Below, one piece after another: positions 54,325 to 64,000 of a stretch of 64,000 nt of DNA; the first letter of the stretch is position 1, and the number at the start of each line of letters is the position of its first letter. Both the position numbers and the translations under genes were made by a program. Source of the stretch: an uncultured Chloroflexia bacterium (GTDB lineage: Bacteria; Chloroflexota; Limnocylindria; Limnocylindrales; CSP1-4); contig CAWEYL010000003.1 of the NCBI GenBank assembly GCA_963813335.1, positions 256,001 through 320,000 on the forward strand, read 5' to 3'. The notes under the pieces were generated by a model that searched no databases, was not told where the DNA came from, and saw nothing but the letters and a program-made list of their open reading frames with translations.

Positions 54325-55806
54325 ATGACCCTGCGACACGTCGGCGCGCTCGCGGCGCTCCTCCTCCTCGTGGCCGGCTGCTCAGCCAGCGGCACGACCG
54401 ACCCGACCGCCGAGGGCGTCGGCGGGGAGCTGCAGGGGAGCACGTGGGTGCTCCAGTCGTTCGCGTCGAACGGCGTCCTTACGACCGTGCCGGACGACCA
54501 GTACGCGGATGCCGACTTCCGGGCGCAACGGGTCAAGGGGTTCGGTGGCTGCAATCAATACGACGCGGCGTATCGGACCGGCGGCCGGATGCTCCTGATC
54601 GGGCCGCCGGCGGTGACGCTGATGGCATGCGCCGAGAACGGGCTGTTCGAAGCCACCTACCTGAGCCTCCTGCAGCAGAGCCGCTTCTTCAACATCCGGG
54701 GCGACACCCTGACGATCCGCGGCGCGGACCGCTCGGTGCTGCTGGTGTTCGAGGTGCCGCCCGCCAACCCGCTGCTCGGATCGTGGGTCGTGGACTCGTT
54801 CGAATCGGCGCCGGGCAAGGTCACGGTCCCGCTCGATGGCACGACGCTGACCGCCGTCTTCCGCTTCGGCAAGGTGGCCGGCTCGGCCGGCTGCAACACC
54901 TACCAGGGCCCGTACACCACGAACGGCGACGCCGCGGCCATCGGGCCGCTCGCAACGACACTGATGGCCTGCGCCGAAGACGTGTCGGCCCAGGAGACGG
55001 CCTTCCTGACCGCGCTCCAGGGCGTGGCGAAGATCCAGACCCGGGCGCAGACCGTGCAACTCCAGGACCGCAACGGAAGCCTGGTCGTGGCCCTGATCCG
55101 GGCCTCCGCCGTCGAGCCGTCGCCGAGCCCGAGCGCCGCACCATCGGCAAGCGCGTCGGCCGGGCCGTCGGCATCGCCATCGGCGTCTCCGACCACCAAG
55201 CCCACCGCGAGCCCGAGCCCCACGCCGACCGCCAGTCCGACACCCGCGCCCACGCCGACGCCGACCGCCGTCCCGACCGCCTCGCCGGCGCCGACCCTCA
55301 GCCCGCCGCCCTCCCTGCCGGCGCTCGCGACCTGCACGGTGACCGCGTCGCCCGACGTGCCCGTGGCCACGCTCAAGTACCCCGCGACGTGGCACACGGT
55401 CGCGGCGCCGCCGACCCTCGCCTGCCGCTACTTCGACCCGAAGGCGATCACGGTGCCGGCCGATCCGACGACGCTCACGACCGCGGTCATGGTCAAGGCG
55501 GACCCGGTCGGCTCATACGCGGACGCGCTGACAGCCGCGACCAACCCGACCGCCTGGAACGTCCTGCGGAACGAGGCGTTTACGATCTCCGGGCTTCCGG
55601 CGACGCGCATCGAGGCGACGTCGACGGCCGGCAGCCCGGATGTTCCCGTCGGTTCCACCCGCTATGCCTACCTGATCGACTACGGCGGGCACCCCGTCTG
55701 GATCGAGACGGTGGGCACGGCCGGCGACTCGACGTACGTCTCGAACACGAAGGTCGTCGACCTCATCGCGGCCACGTCCACGTTCCAGACCCCGCCCGCT
55801 CCCTGA
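54325..55806 (+). CDS. Lipoprotein with two META (HslJ-like) domains and a Pro/Ser/Thr linker
   Basis: VAGC lipobox; GFGGCN..TLMAC and GSAGCN..TLMAC. Confidence 0.85.
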   Translation: MTLRHVGALAALLLLVAGCSASGTTDPTAEGVGGELQGSTWVLQSFASNGVLTTVPDDQYADADFRAQRVKGFGGCNQYDAAYRTGGRMLLIGPPAVTLMACAENGLFEATYLSLLQQSRFFNIRGDTLTIRGADRSVLLVFEVPPANPLLGSWVVDSFESAPGKVTVPLDGTTLTAVFRFGKVAGSAGCNTYQGPYTTNGDAAAIGPLATTLMACAEDVSAQETAFLTALQGVAKIQTRAQTVQLQDRNGSLVVALIRASAVEPSPSPSAAPSASASAGPSASPSASPTTKPTASPSPTPTASPTPAPTPTPTAVPTASPAPTLSPPPSLPALATCTVTASPDVPVATLKYPATWHTVAAPPTLACRYFDPKAITVPADPTTLTTAVMVKADPVGSYADALTAATNPTAWNVLRNEAFTISGLPATRIEATSTAGSPDVPVGSTRYAYLIDYGGHPVWIETVGTAGDSTYVSNTKVVDLIAATSTFQTPPAP

Positions 55807-55815
55807 GGGTTCGCG

Positions 55816-56484
55816 ATGGGCTCGACGACGGCCCGCCAGCGCGCGTGCGAGGAGGTCGTCCGGTACGGCCGCCGGCTGCAGGCCGAGGGGCTCGTGCACT
55901 GGACGTCCGGCAATCTCTCGTTACGCGTCGAAGGCGACGCCGACCTGATCGCGATGACGCCGAGCGACACGCCCTACGACACGATGGAGCCGGAGGACGT
56001 CTGCCTCGTCCGGAGTGACGGGTCCATCGTGAGCGGTCGACGCGGACCGACGTCCGAGTTCCCGCTCCATACCCTCGTCTACCAGCGACGGGCAGAGGTC
56101 GGCGCCATCGTCCACACCCACAGCCGGGCGGCGATGACGATGGCGACGCTCGGCTGGACGCTGCCGCCGATCCTGACCGGTCTCGTCGAGGCGTCGGGCG
56201 GCGCCGTGTCCGCCGCGCGCTACTCGCGGCCGGGGACCGCGGAGATGGCCGACTTCACGGCCGACGCCCTCCGCGACCGCGGGGTGTGCTTCCTCCGGCA
56301 CCACGGCCTGCTGGCCATCGGGGCGACCATCCAGCGCGCCTTCAAGGCGGCTGCGGTGACAGAGGCGGCGGCGGATGTCTACCTCCGGGCGCGCCAGTTC
56401 GGCGAGGTCCCGGAGCTGCCGGCGAGCGAGGTCGAGTGGATCGCGAGCGCCTGGCGGGAGCAGTGGGGCGGCGAGGCAGGCTGA
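55816..56484 (+). CDS. Class II aldolase/adducin family protein
   Basis: SGNLS, TPS, PTSE..LH, VHTHS, LRHHG. Confidence 0.9.
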   Translation: MGSTTARQRACEEVVRYGRRLQAEGLVHWTSGNLSLRVEGDADLIAMTPSDTPYDTMEPEDVCLVRSDGSIVSGRRGPTSEFPLHTLVYQRRAEVGAIVHTHSRAAMTMATLGWTLPPILTGLVEASGGAVSAARYSRPGTAEMADFTADALRDRGVCFLRHHGLLAIGATIQRAFKAAAVTEAAADVYLRARQFGEVPELPASEVEWIASAWREQWGGEAG

Positions 56485-56519
56485 TCAGGTGTTCGCGGCA
56501 GCGCTGCGCGTCCGGCCCC

Positions 56520-57344
56520 TCAGCGGCGCACGGCTCCCGCGGTGAACCCCTCGATGATCCGGCGTTGCAGGACGAGGAACAGGAGGAGCGGCGGGATGAG
56601 CACGACCGCCATCCCGGCGAACGTCAACCCCTGGTCCGTCGTGTAGACAGTCGAGAATCGGCTGAGGGCGAGTGGCGCCGTCAAGGAATCCGGCTTCTGG
56701 AGAAGCACGAGTGCGCCTCCGAAGTCGTTCCAGGTGAACACCGCCACGAGCACGGCGACGGCGAGGATCCCCGGCCGCGCGAGTGGGACCACGATCCGCA
56801 GCAGGACGTCCACCCGGCCGGCGCCGTCGACCCGAGCCGCGTCGATGACGTCGCGGGGGATCGTTCGAAGGAAGCCCGTGAGGATCACCGTGGCGAACGA
56901 GACACTCGTGACCACGTCGATCAGCGCGAGGCCCGTCAGGCTGTTGATCAATCCGAGCGATCGGAACATCGAGAACAGCGGGACGACGAGCACATCGGTC
57001 GGGATGATCAATGGCGCCAGGATCGCGATGAAGAGCAGCGCCCGACCCGGTGGCCGCAGGAGCGTGAGCGCGTAGGCCCCGCTGACCGCCAGGATCAGGA
57101 CGACGACCACGGTCAGCGCCGTCACATAGGCCGAGTTCGCCAGCGCCATGCCGAGTCCGGCACGGCCCCACGCCTCGCCGATGTTCCCGATCGCCGGCGG
57201 CCATGGCACGTCCCACGGCGCGCGGTAGATGTCGGCACTCGACCGGACCGCGTTCGCCAGCGTCCAGATCAGCGGATACAGCCAAAGGATGGCCAGGACG
57301 GTGAGCAGCACGACGGGCCACCGGCGGCGGAGCAGGCTGCTCAT
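56520..57344 (-). CDS. Carbohydrate ABC permease (MalG-type)
   Basis: DAARVDGA, WNDF. Confidence 0.9.
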   Translation of the reverse strand: MSSLLRRRWPVVLLTVLAILWLYPLIWTLANAVRSSADIYRAPWDVPWPPAIGNIGEAWGRAGLGMALANSAYVTALTVVVVLILAVSGAYALTLLRPPGRALLFIAILAPLIIPTDVLVVPLFSMFRSLGLINSLTGLALIDVVTSVSFATVILTGFLRTIPRDVIDAARVDGAGRVDVLLRIVVPLARPGILAVAVLVAVFTWNDFGGALVLLQKPDSLTAPLALSRFSTVYTTDQGLTFAGMAVVLIPPLLLFLVLQRRIIEGFTAGAVRR

Positions 57345-58279
57345 GGTCTCGCCATCTCGGCTCGGCGATCCATGATCCGGTACTCCACGACCGCGAGCAG
57401 CAGGATCAGGACCAGCAGGATCATGGCCATCGCCTGCGCGGAGCCGACCTGCAGGAAGCGGAATGCAGTCGTGTAGATGTCGGTCGCGACGGTCTCGGTG
57501 GCGTGCGACGGACCGCCCTCGGTCATGACCCAGACCATGTCGAAGATCCGCAGGCTCCCGATGGTGGTCAACAGGACCACCGCGAAGGTCTGCGGCCACA
57601 GCAGCGGCCAGGTGATCAGGCGGAGTCGCTGGAACCGGCTGGCGCCCTCCAGCACGGCGTACTCGTCGTACGCTCGCGGCAGCGCCTGGATCGCCGCGAC
57701 GTACACGACCATGACCAGGCCCGAGAACCGCCACAGGAAGACGGCCATGATGGCCCAGAGCGCCGTGTCCGCGTCCGACAGCGGCGCGATGGCGAGGGCA
57801 TCGAACCCCAGGGCCGACCCGACCGTCGCCGCGATCCCGAAGTACGGCGCGTACAGGAACTTCCACACCGCGCCGACCGCGACTGGCGCAAGGACGAACG
57901 GCGCGAAGAACGCGAACGTGAAGAAGGTCCGTCCGCGCTTCACGTCGCCCAGGAGGACGGCGAGCCCCAAGCCGAGGCCCGTCTGGAGCACGACGGCCAC
58001 AGCGGTGAACAGGAACGTGTTCAGCAGGCTTCGCTGGAACACCGCATCGCCGAAGATCAGGCGTGCGTAGTGTTCGAGCCCGACGAACCCGGTGAGGACG
58101 AAGCCCGTCGTGTCATGCACGCTGAGCACGACGCCATAGACGAGCGGGTAGACGAGGAATCCGGTCAGGAGCACGAGGGTCGGCAGAAGGAACAGCAGGT
58201 CGATGGCGCGTTCGCGGCCCGCACGGCCGAGGAACCCCGGACTGGACCGGTGCTCCGGACGAATCCCCTGGACCATCAT
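57341..58279 (-). CDS. Carbohydrate ABC permease (MalF-type)
   Basis: FVGLEHY, EYAVLEGAS, FDMVWVMTEGGP; start uncertain. Confidence 0.88.
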   Translation of the reverse strand: MMVQGIRPEHRSSPGFLGRAGRERAIDLLFLLPTLVLLTGFLVYPLVYGVVLSVHDTTGFVLTGFVGLEHYARLIFGDAVFQRSLLNTFLFTAVAVVLQTGLGLGLAVLLGDVKRGRTFFTFAFFAPFVLAPVAVGAVWKFLYAPYFGIAATVGSALGFDALAIAPLSDADTALWAIMAVFLWRFSGLVMVVYVAAIQALPRAYDEYAVLEGASRFQRLRLITWPLLWPQTFAVVLLTTIGSLRIFDMVWVMTEGGPSHATETVATDIYTTAFRFLQVGSAQAMAMILLVLILLLAVVEYRIMDRRAEMARP

Positions 58280-58389
58280 GGCTCCCGAGCGGGATATGAG
58301 CGCCCGAACCATACTCGGTCGACACGGGACCCGACCAAGCAGCTGGCTTGTCCGGTTCCTCGAACGACCCACGTCAATGGTGAAGGGCC

Positions 58390-59784
58390 TTGCTGAAGCC
58401 GCCTGGATCGACGCTCGACGGCACGTGGACGCGGCTGCGCGGTCGCCGCGAGGTCCTGAAGCTGGGCGCCGTCATGGCCGCGGGTGGCATGGTCGCCCCG
58501 CTGCTCGCGGCGTGCGCCGCGCCGGACCGAAGCGGAGTGACGCAGAGCGGGAACGCCGTGGCGGGCTCCATCACCGTCCTCGGCGAAGCCGGCGATCCGC
58601 GCACGGAGCCGGCGCTCCAACAGGTCTACGAGGACTTCAGGACGCAGCATCCGGGCGTCGAGTGGGACATCCGGACGATCCCGGCCATCGGGGCCGAGTG
58701 GGACCGGCTGGCGCGCGCGGCGCTGACGTCCGGTGAGCCGGTGGGGCTGATCCTGATCGATGGGCTGTACGTACGAGCGTGGACCCGCGATGGCCTGCTC
58801 GCGGACCTCGGGGCGGACCCGAGACTGGCCGACGTGCTCGCGCGAGTCCCTACGCATTTCCAGCTGGGTGGTGTCGGCGAGACGACGTCGCGGGCCGTTC
58901 CCCTCGCACTGAGCAGCGGCCTGCAGACGACCGGCCTGTACCACAACAAGGCGCTGCTCGACCAGGCCGGCCTGGCCGTGCCGCGGACGATCGCCGACCT
59001 CAAGGCCATGGTCCAGCCGCTCGCCGCGCTGGGTGCGGCGCCGCTCGTCCACTGCTCCGGTGATGCGGCATTCAATCCCCTGCTCGTCATGTGGCTGCTC
59101 CCGATGATCGCGGGGCGGGCCGGCGACCCGGTCGCGTTCGTCGAACGCACGATCAAGGGCGAGGTCGGCTACGACAGCCCCGAATGGATCGAGACCTTCC
59201 AGACCATCGCCGACCTCCGAACCTCCGGCGTCCTGCTGGCGGGGTCTGGTGCGACGGACTACGCGACGATGCAGCTCCTCTTCCTGCAGGGCAAGGCCGC
59301 CATGACCTACAACGGCACCTGGATGCTCGCCCAACTGCTCGCCGGTTCACCGAGTGTCGCCTTCGACCTGCACGTCGCGCCGCTTCCGCTCGTCGACGGG
59401 GCCTCGAAGGCTCGATCCATCCTTGCCTGGACCGGCTTCGCGATGCCGGCCAGGGCCGCGGCGAGCGGCGACAGCGTAGCGGCGTTCCTCGAATATGCGA
59501 GCCGCCCGGCGGTCGACCGATCCGTGGTCCAGGGCATGCAGGTCTATTCACCGATCGCCGCGTCGAATACCGCGATCGAGAATGACATCGCCCAGGAGTT
59601 CCTCCCGATGCTCGAAGACGCGATCATGTCGCTCAACTGGCTCTGGGAGCCGGAGATCGACGCAGAGATCGCCGACCAGGTCCAGGCCCTCGTGAAGGGC
59701 GACACCGACCCGGCGTCGGTCGGGAAGGCGATCCAGGCCGTCGCCGAGGGACTGCGTTCATCGGGTCGCAGCTACTACCCTTGA
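58390..59784 (+). CDS. Sugar ABC substrate-binding lipoprotein with a Tat-like signal
   Basis: RREVLK + LLAAC, YHNKALL, FLQGKAAM..NGTW. Confidence 0.85.
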   Translation: MLKPPGSTLDGTWTRLRGRREVLKLGAVMAAGGMVAPLLAACAAPDRSGVTQSGNAVAGSITVLGEAGDPRTEPALQQVYEDFRTQHPGVEWDIRTIPAIGAEWDRLARAALTSGEPVGLILIDGLYVRAWTRDGLLADLGADPRLADVLARVPTHFQLGGVGETTSRAVPLALSSGLQTTGLYHNKALLDQAGLAVPRTIADLKAMVQPLAALGAAPLVHCSGDAAFNPLLVMWLLPMIAGRAGDPVAFVERTIKGEVGYDSPEWIETFQTIADLRTSGVLLAGSGATDYATMQLLFLQGKAAMTYNGTWMLAQLLAGSPSVAFDLHVAPLPLVDGASKARSILAWTGFAMPARAAASGDSVAAFLEYASRPAVDRSVVQGMQVYSPIAASNTAIENDIAQEFLPMLEDAIMSLNWLWEPEIDAEIADQVQALVKGDTDPASVGKAIQAVAEGLRSSGRSYYP

Positions 59785-59839
59785 CCCCGAGCGCGCGGCT
59801 ACCTGGCGATCGGATGCGCGCCGCGATGGACGGAGGGGC

Positions 59840-62587
59840 GTGACAGGCTCGCTGCTCGAAACGAAGTTCTACGCGCCGAGGCGGCGTAGCGGCCTGGTGC
59901 CGCGACCTCATCTGACCGAGCGACTCCGCAGCGGGACCCGGTCGAGGCTCACGCTCGTATCGGCCCCGGCCGGCTTCGGCAAGTCGACGCTCATGGCCGA
60001 GTGGCTGGCCGCTCCTGCCGACGGATCGGTCACCGCGTGGCTCTCGCTCGATCCCGGCGACAACAATCCCGATGCGTTCTGGACCCACCTGATCGCGGCG
60101 CTGCAGACCGCGGTGCCCACGGTCGGCGCGGGGGCGCTGACGCTGCTCGATTCGCCGCACCGGTCCATCGAGGCCGTGCTCGCCCCGCTGCTCAACGACC
60201 TGAATGCGCTCCCGCACGAGGTCGTCCTGGTCCTTGACGACTATCACGTGATCGAGTCGCCCGACATCCAGGCCGGCATGGCGTTCCTGCTCGAGCATCT
60301 GCCCCCGCACCTGCACATCGTGATCGCGACACGCGCCGATCCGGCGCTCCCGCTCGCTCGGTTCCGCGCGCGCGGCGACCTGGTCGAGGTCCGAGCCGCC
60401 GACCTGCGCTTCACGCCCGACGAGGCCGACCAGTTCCTCAATGGGGTCATGGCACTCGGCGTGTCGGCCCACGATGTCGCGGTCCTCGAGGGCCGGACCG
60501 AAGGCTGGATCGCGGCGATCCAGCTCGCCGGCCTTTCGATGCAGGGACGAGACGACATCGAGGGCTTCATCGCGCGCTTCGCCGGCGACGATCGATACAT
60601 CGTCGACTACCTCGTCGAAGAGGTCCTGCAGCGCCAGCCCGGACCGGTCCGAACGTTCCTGCTGGAGACCTCGATCCTTGGCAGCCTCACTGGCGCGTTG
60701 ACCGATGCCGTGACCGGCCAGGACGGCGGCAAGGCCATGTTGGAGGCGCTCGAGCGGCAGAACCTGTTCCTCATCCCGTTGGATGACCGCCGCGATCGGT
60801 ATCGCTACCACCACCTGTTCGCGGACGTGCTCCAGGCGCGTCTCCGCGATGAGCGACCCGAGCGCGTGGCGGGCCTCCATCGGCGCGCGACCGAGTGGTA
60901 CGAGCAGAACGGCGAACGGGCCGAGGCGATCCGCCACGCGTTGGCCGGCGGGGACCTCGCGCGAGCCGCGGACCTCGTCGAGCTCGCGCTGCCGGCAGCC
61001 ACCCGCGAGCGGCAGGATGCGACGCTCCGTCGGTGGCTGGAAGCGCTCCCCGACGAGGTGATCCGGGCACGGCCCGTGCTGAGCAATGGGTATGCCGGGT
61101 CCATCCTGGTGCGGGGCGAGACCGAGGGCGTCGAGGCCCGCCTCCGAGACGCCGAGCGCTGGCTGGACGTAGCGGCCCCGAGGCGCAGGGAGACCGGCGG
61201 ATCTGCGACCGAGATGGTCGTCCTCGATGAGGGCGCGTTCCGCACGCTGCCGGCCAGGATCGCCATGCACCGGGCCGGGCTGGCGCGACTCCGCGGTGAC
61301 GTCGCCGGGACCATCGCCCATGCTCGCCGGACGCTGGAGCTCGTCGGCGATGACGACGACCTCGGCCGTGGAGCGGCATCGACGCTCCTCGCGCTCGCGT
61401 ACTGGACCGATGGGGATCTGGAGGCAGCCACCGACCTGTATGCCGGGGCCATGACCCGCTTCGAGAGGGCGGGGTATCGTTCCGACGCGACCGGGCTCGC
61501 CCTCGGCCTGGCCGACATCCGCATCGCGCAGGGCCGTCTCCACGACGCGATGAGCATCTACGAGCGGGGCCTGGAGATCGCTAGCGGCCCGGGCGCGATC
61601 GTCCAGCGGGGCGCAGCGGACATGCACGTCGGCATCAGCGAGATCCTGCTCCAGCGCGACGACCTGGCTGGCGCCGTGCACCATCTGCACAGGGCCGCGG
61701 ATCTGGGCGAGGCGAACGGCCTGCCGCAGCACCCCTACCGGTCGCGCGTGGCCGCCGCAGCGATCCGGCAGGTGGAAGGCGACCCCGAGGCAGCCCTCCG
61801 GCTCCTGGCCGAGGCGCGTCGCCTGTACTTCAGCGACTTCTCGCCGGACGTGCGCCCCGTCGAAGCCCTCATAGCCCGGGCCTGGATCTCGACGGGGAGG
61901 CTTTCGGAGGCGAGGGGCTGGGCGCGCGAGCGCGGGCTGGCGACAGCCGATGACCTCGACTATGTCCGTGAGTTCGAGCACGTGACCCTCGCCAGGCTGA
62001 TCCTCGCGGAGGGCGTTCGCGACCGCTCCGATGACAAGCTCGGTGCGGCGACCGAGCTCTTGGGCCGCCTGCTCACCGCCGCGGAGGACGGCGCGAGGAC
62101 CGGGAGCGTGATCGAGATCCTGGTCGTCCAAGGGATCGCTCGTCGTGCTGGCAACGACATGCCGGGCGCCCTTGCGTCGCTGGAGCGGGCAGTGGCACTG
62201 GCCGAGCCCGAGGGCCATGTCCGGGTGTTCCTCGACGAGGGCGCGCCGATGACCGCTCTGCTGAAGGTGGCAGCGAAGCAGCGGGACGCCGCGGAGCATG
62301 TGCGTCGCCTCCTCATCGCCGCCAGTGCGACCGATGGCGGGACGGCCGTCGCCCAGCCGCTGATCGAACCACTCAGCGACCGGGAGCTCGAGGTCCTGCG
62401 CTTCCTCGACAGCGACCTCGATGGCCCCGACATCGCCCGCGAGCTCTCGGTATCGCTGGCCACCGTGCGGACCCACACCAGGAACGTCTACGCCAAGCTC
62501 GGCGTGAACAGCCGTCGGGCGGCCGTCAGCCGTGCCGCCGAGCTCGGCCTGCTCTCGCGCACCCGGGACCGCCGACCCGTCGATTGA
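59840..62587 (+). CDS. MalT-like (LAL/STAND) LuxR family regulator
   Basis: SAPAGFGKST P-loop, LVLDDYH, TEGW, RYHHLF, C-terminal LSDRELEVL..TVRTH HTH. Confidence 0.92.
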   Translation: MTGSLLETKFYAPRRRSGLVPRPHLTERLRSGTRSRLTLVSAPAGFGKSTLMAEWLAAPADGSVTAWLSLDPGDNNPDAFWTHLIAALQTAVPTVGAGALTLLDSPHRSIEAVLAPLLNDLNALPHEVVLVLDDYHVIESPDIQAGMAFLLEHLPPHLHIVIATRADPALPLARFRARGDLVEVRAADLRFTPDEADQFLNGVMALGVSAHDVAVLEGRTEGWIAAIQLAGLSMQGRDDIEGFIARFAGDDRYIVDYLVEEVLQRQPGPVRTFLLETSILGSLTGALTDAVTGQDGGKAMLEALERQNLFLIPLDDRRDRYRYHHLFADVLQARLRDERPERVAGLHRRATEWYEQNGERAEAIRHALAGGDLARAADLVELALPAATRERQDATLRRWLEALPDEVIRARPVLSNGYAGSILVRGETEGVEARLRDAERWLDVAAPRRRETGGSATEMVVLDEGAFRTLPARIAMHRAGLARLRGDVAGTIAHARRTLELVGDDDDLGRGAASTLLALAYWTDGDLEAATDLYAGAMTRFERAGYRSDATGLALGLADIRIAQGRLHDAMSIYERGLEIASGPGAIVQRGAADMHVGISEILLQRDDLAGAVHHLHRAADLGEANGLPQHPYRSRVAAAAIRQVEGDPEAALRLLAEARRLYFSDFSPDVRPVEALIARAWISTGRLSEARGWARERGLATADDLDYVREFEHVTLARLILAEGVRDRSDDKLGAATELLGRLLTAAEDGARTGSVIEILVVQGIARRAGNDMPGALASLERAVALAEPEGHVRVFLDEGAPMTALLKVAAKQRDAAEHVRRLLIAASATDGGTAVAQPLIEPLSDRELEVLRFLDSDLDGPDIARELSVSLATVRTHTRNVYAKLGVNSRRAAVSRAAELGLLSRTRDRRPVD

Positions 62588-62619
62588 TCGTCCGCGACGG
62601 CTGCACGGCGCCGCGAGAT

Positions 62620-62661
62620 TCATCACCCCACTCATCACGTGTGGTGATGCGCGCTCATCAC
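62620..62661. promoter_or_regulatory. Array of TCATCAC/GTGATG boxes, probable binding sites of the MalT-like regulator
   Basis: TCATCAC at 62620, 62632 and 62655; inverted GTGATG at 62644. Confidence 0.6.
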
Positions 62662-62742
62662 ATCCGCCTCCACGGTGTTCCCAGAGACCCACGCCGGCAT
62701 GGCCGGTCAGCGGTCCAGTTGGCAACACGCACGAGGAGCGGG

Positions 62743-63018
62743 ATGACCGAACGACACGCCACGACTGGGGACCCGTACGAGTCCGGACGCTATGAGATCC
62801 GGCTCGCGGGCCACCTCGACGCGCGCTGGGCGTCGTGGTTCGACGGGATGACCGTCAGCCACGAGGACAGCGGGATCACCGCCATCAGCGGCCAGATCGC
62901 CGATCAGGCAGCACTCCACGGCCTGCTCCAGCGGGTGCGTGACCTGGGCCTGCCACTCATCTCGGTCGAGCGGGTCGAACTCGACCGGCCCGACCTTCCC
63001 ACCCACGACCCTCACTGA
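62743..63018 (+). CDS. Small conserved hypothetical protein (ACT-like pattern)
   Basis: YEIRLAGHL..RW..WFDG, DQAALHGLL.RVRDLGLPLISV; GAGGAG RBS. Confidence 0.78.
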   Translation: MTERHATTGDPYESGRYEIRLAGHLDARWASWFDGMTVSHEDSGITAISGQIADQAALHGLLQRVRDLGLPLISVERVELDRPDLPTHDPH

Positions 63019-63043
63019 CACGCTTCAAGAAAGGGACACTGAC

Positions 63044-63838
63044 ATGGCTCTCCCCACGCGAACCTCAGCGATGAGCTCGATGCGGAAGACCGCGTTCGTC
63101 GCGGGCGTCCTGTACCTGCTCACGTTCCTCAGCTCCATCCCGGCCGTCTTCCTCCAGGCGCCGGTCCTCAACGATCCCAACTTCATCATCGGCGGCGCCG
63201 GTCTCGACACCCAGGTCCGCCTCGGCGCCCTCTTCGACATCGTCAACAGCCTCACCGCCATCGGCACCGCCGTGGCGCTCTACGCCGTCATCAGGCGCCA
63301 GAGCCCGAGCTTCGCGATCGGCTTCGTCAGCTCGCGACTGTTCGAAGGCACGGTCCTCATGATCGGCGTCATCAGCATCCTGTCGATCGTGACCCTGCAG
63401 CAGCCGGGCGCGACCGGCGCCGAGGCCACCCTGCTGGTCAGCATCCAGCACACCCTCGTCACTGTCCGCAATTGGACCTTCGTCCTCGGGACCGGCGTTC
63501 CCGCCCTCAACGCCGTCATGCTCGGCTGGATCATGTACAAGTCGCGGCTCGTCCCGCGGGCGATCCCGACGCTCGGGCTGATCGGCGCCCCGCTGTTCAC
63601 GTCCTGGATCATCGGCTACATCCTCGGCGTCACCGAGGCCGGCACCACCTGGCACGCCCTCGGGGTCGCCCCGATCTTCTTCTGGGAGCTGTCCATCGGC
63701 CTGTGGATGACGTTCAAGGGCTTCCGCAAGGACGCGCCGATCATGGTCGCGGCCGCCGCGGAGGACGCAGGCCTCGACGGCTCGGCCAGCGTCGCCCGCT
63801 CGACGATCGGCGTCGCGGCCAACGCGGGTGCGGCGTGA
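63044..63838 (+). CDS. DUF4386 family membrane protein
   Basis: AGVLYLLTF, R..E, SRLVPR, E...GLW...KGF. Confidence 0.8.
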   Translation: MALPTRTSAMSSMRKTAFVAGVLYLLTFLSSIPAVFLQAPVLNDPNFIIGGAGLDTQVRLGALFDIVNSLTAIGTAVALYAVIRRQSPSFAIGFVSSRLFEGTVLMIGVISILSIVTLQQPGATGAEATLLVSIQHTLVTVRNWTFVLGTGVPALNAVMLGWIMYKSRLVPRAIPTLGLIGAPLFTSWIIGYILGVTEAGTTWHALGVAPIFFWELSIGLWMTFKGFRKDAPIMVAAAAEDAGLDGSASVARSTIGVAANAGAA

Positions 63839-64000
63839 CCGCCATCCGCGAGGGGGCGCCGCGGACCCCGCCGCGCCCCCTCGTCCGCACCTTCTGGTTG
63901 CTGCACCGCGCGGCCTACCGGGTCACCGGGGGAGGCTTCGGCCTCTCCCAGCCGGTGACCGGCAGCAAGTTCGGGATGCTCCGCCTCACCTCGGTGGGGC
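63835..64000 (+). CDS. Deazaflavin-dependent nitroreductase (Ddn) family protein, truncated by the window edge
   Basis: GTGA-coupled; FWLLHRAAYRVTGG..G...GMLRLTSVG. Confidence 0.6.
   Translation, partial: MTAIREGAPRTPPRPLVRTFWLLHRAAYRVTGGGFGLSQPVTGSKFGMLRLTSVG

Overview
A very GC-rich (about 70%) bacterial chromosomal window, gene-dense, with many apparently leaderless genes. The style suggests Chloroflexota (Limnocylindria-like) or Actinomycetota; this is inference only. The main theme is a selenocysteine/formate-oxidation locus. It contains mobA-selB-selA, tRNA-Sec (selC) with divergent selD, a UGA/SECIS-recoded formate dehydrogenase catalytic subunit, NuoEF-like and Fe-S partner subunits, and fdhD. 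selA and selC are separated by about 7.7 kb of accessory DNA (a LacI-regulated sugar ABC/sucrose phosphorylase operon plus small genes) bounded by short copies of the tRNA-Sec 3' end. Between selD and the FDH lies the best candidate for an undescribed system: a NarL-type two-component pair, then a ferredoxin-fused GltD/NfnB-like NADP flavoprotein translationally coupled to two paralogous unknown membrane proteins. The rest holds housekeeping and accessory genes: metH, betA, a saccharopine-dehydrogenase-family enzyme, AlkA-like glycosylase, F420/LLM oxidoreductases, VapBC, a second sugar ABC set and a MalT-like regulator. It also has a ~215-bp intergenic inverted-repeat element and several unannotated small ORFs. 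About a dozen single-base frameshifts probably reflect long-read assembly errors. Family assignments come from motif recognition only; no searches were run.
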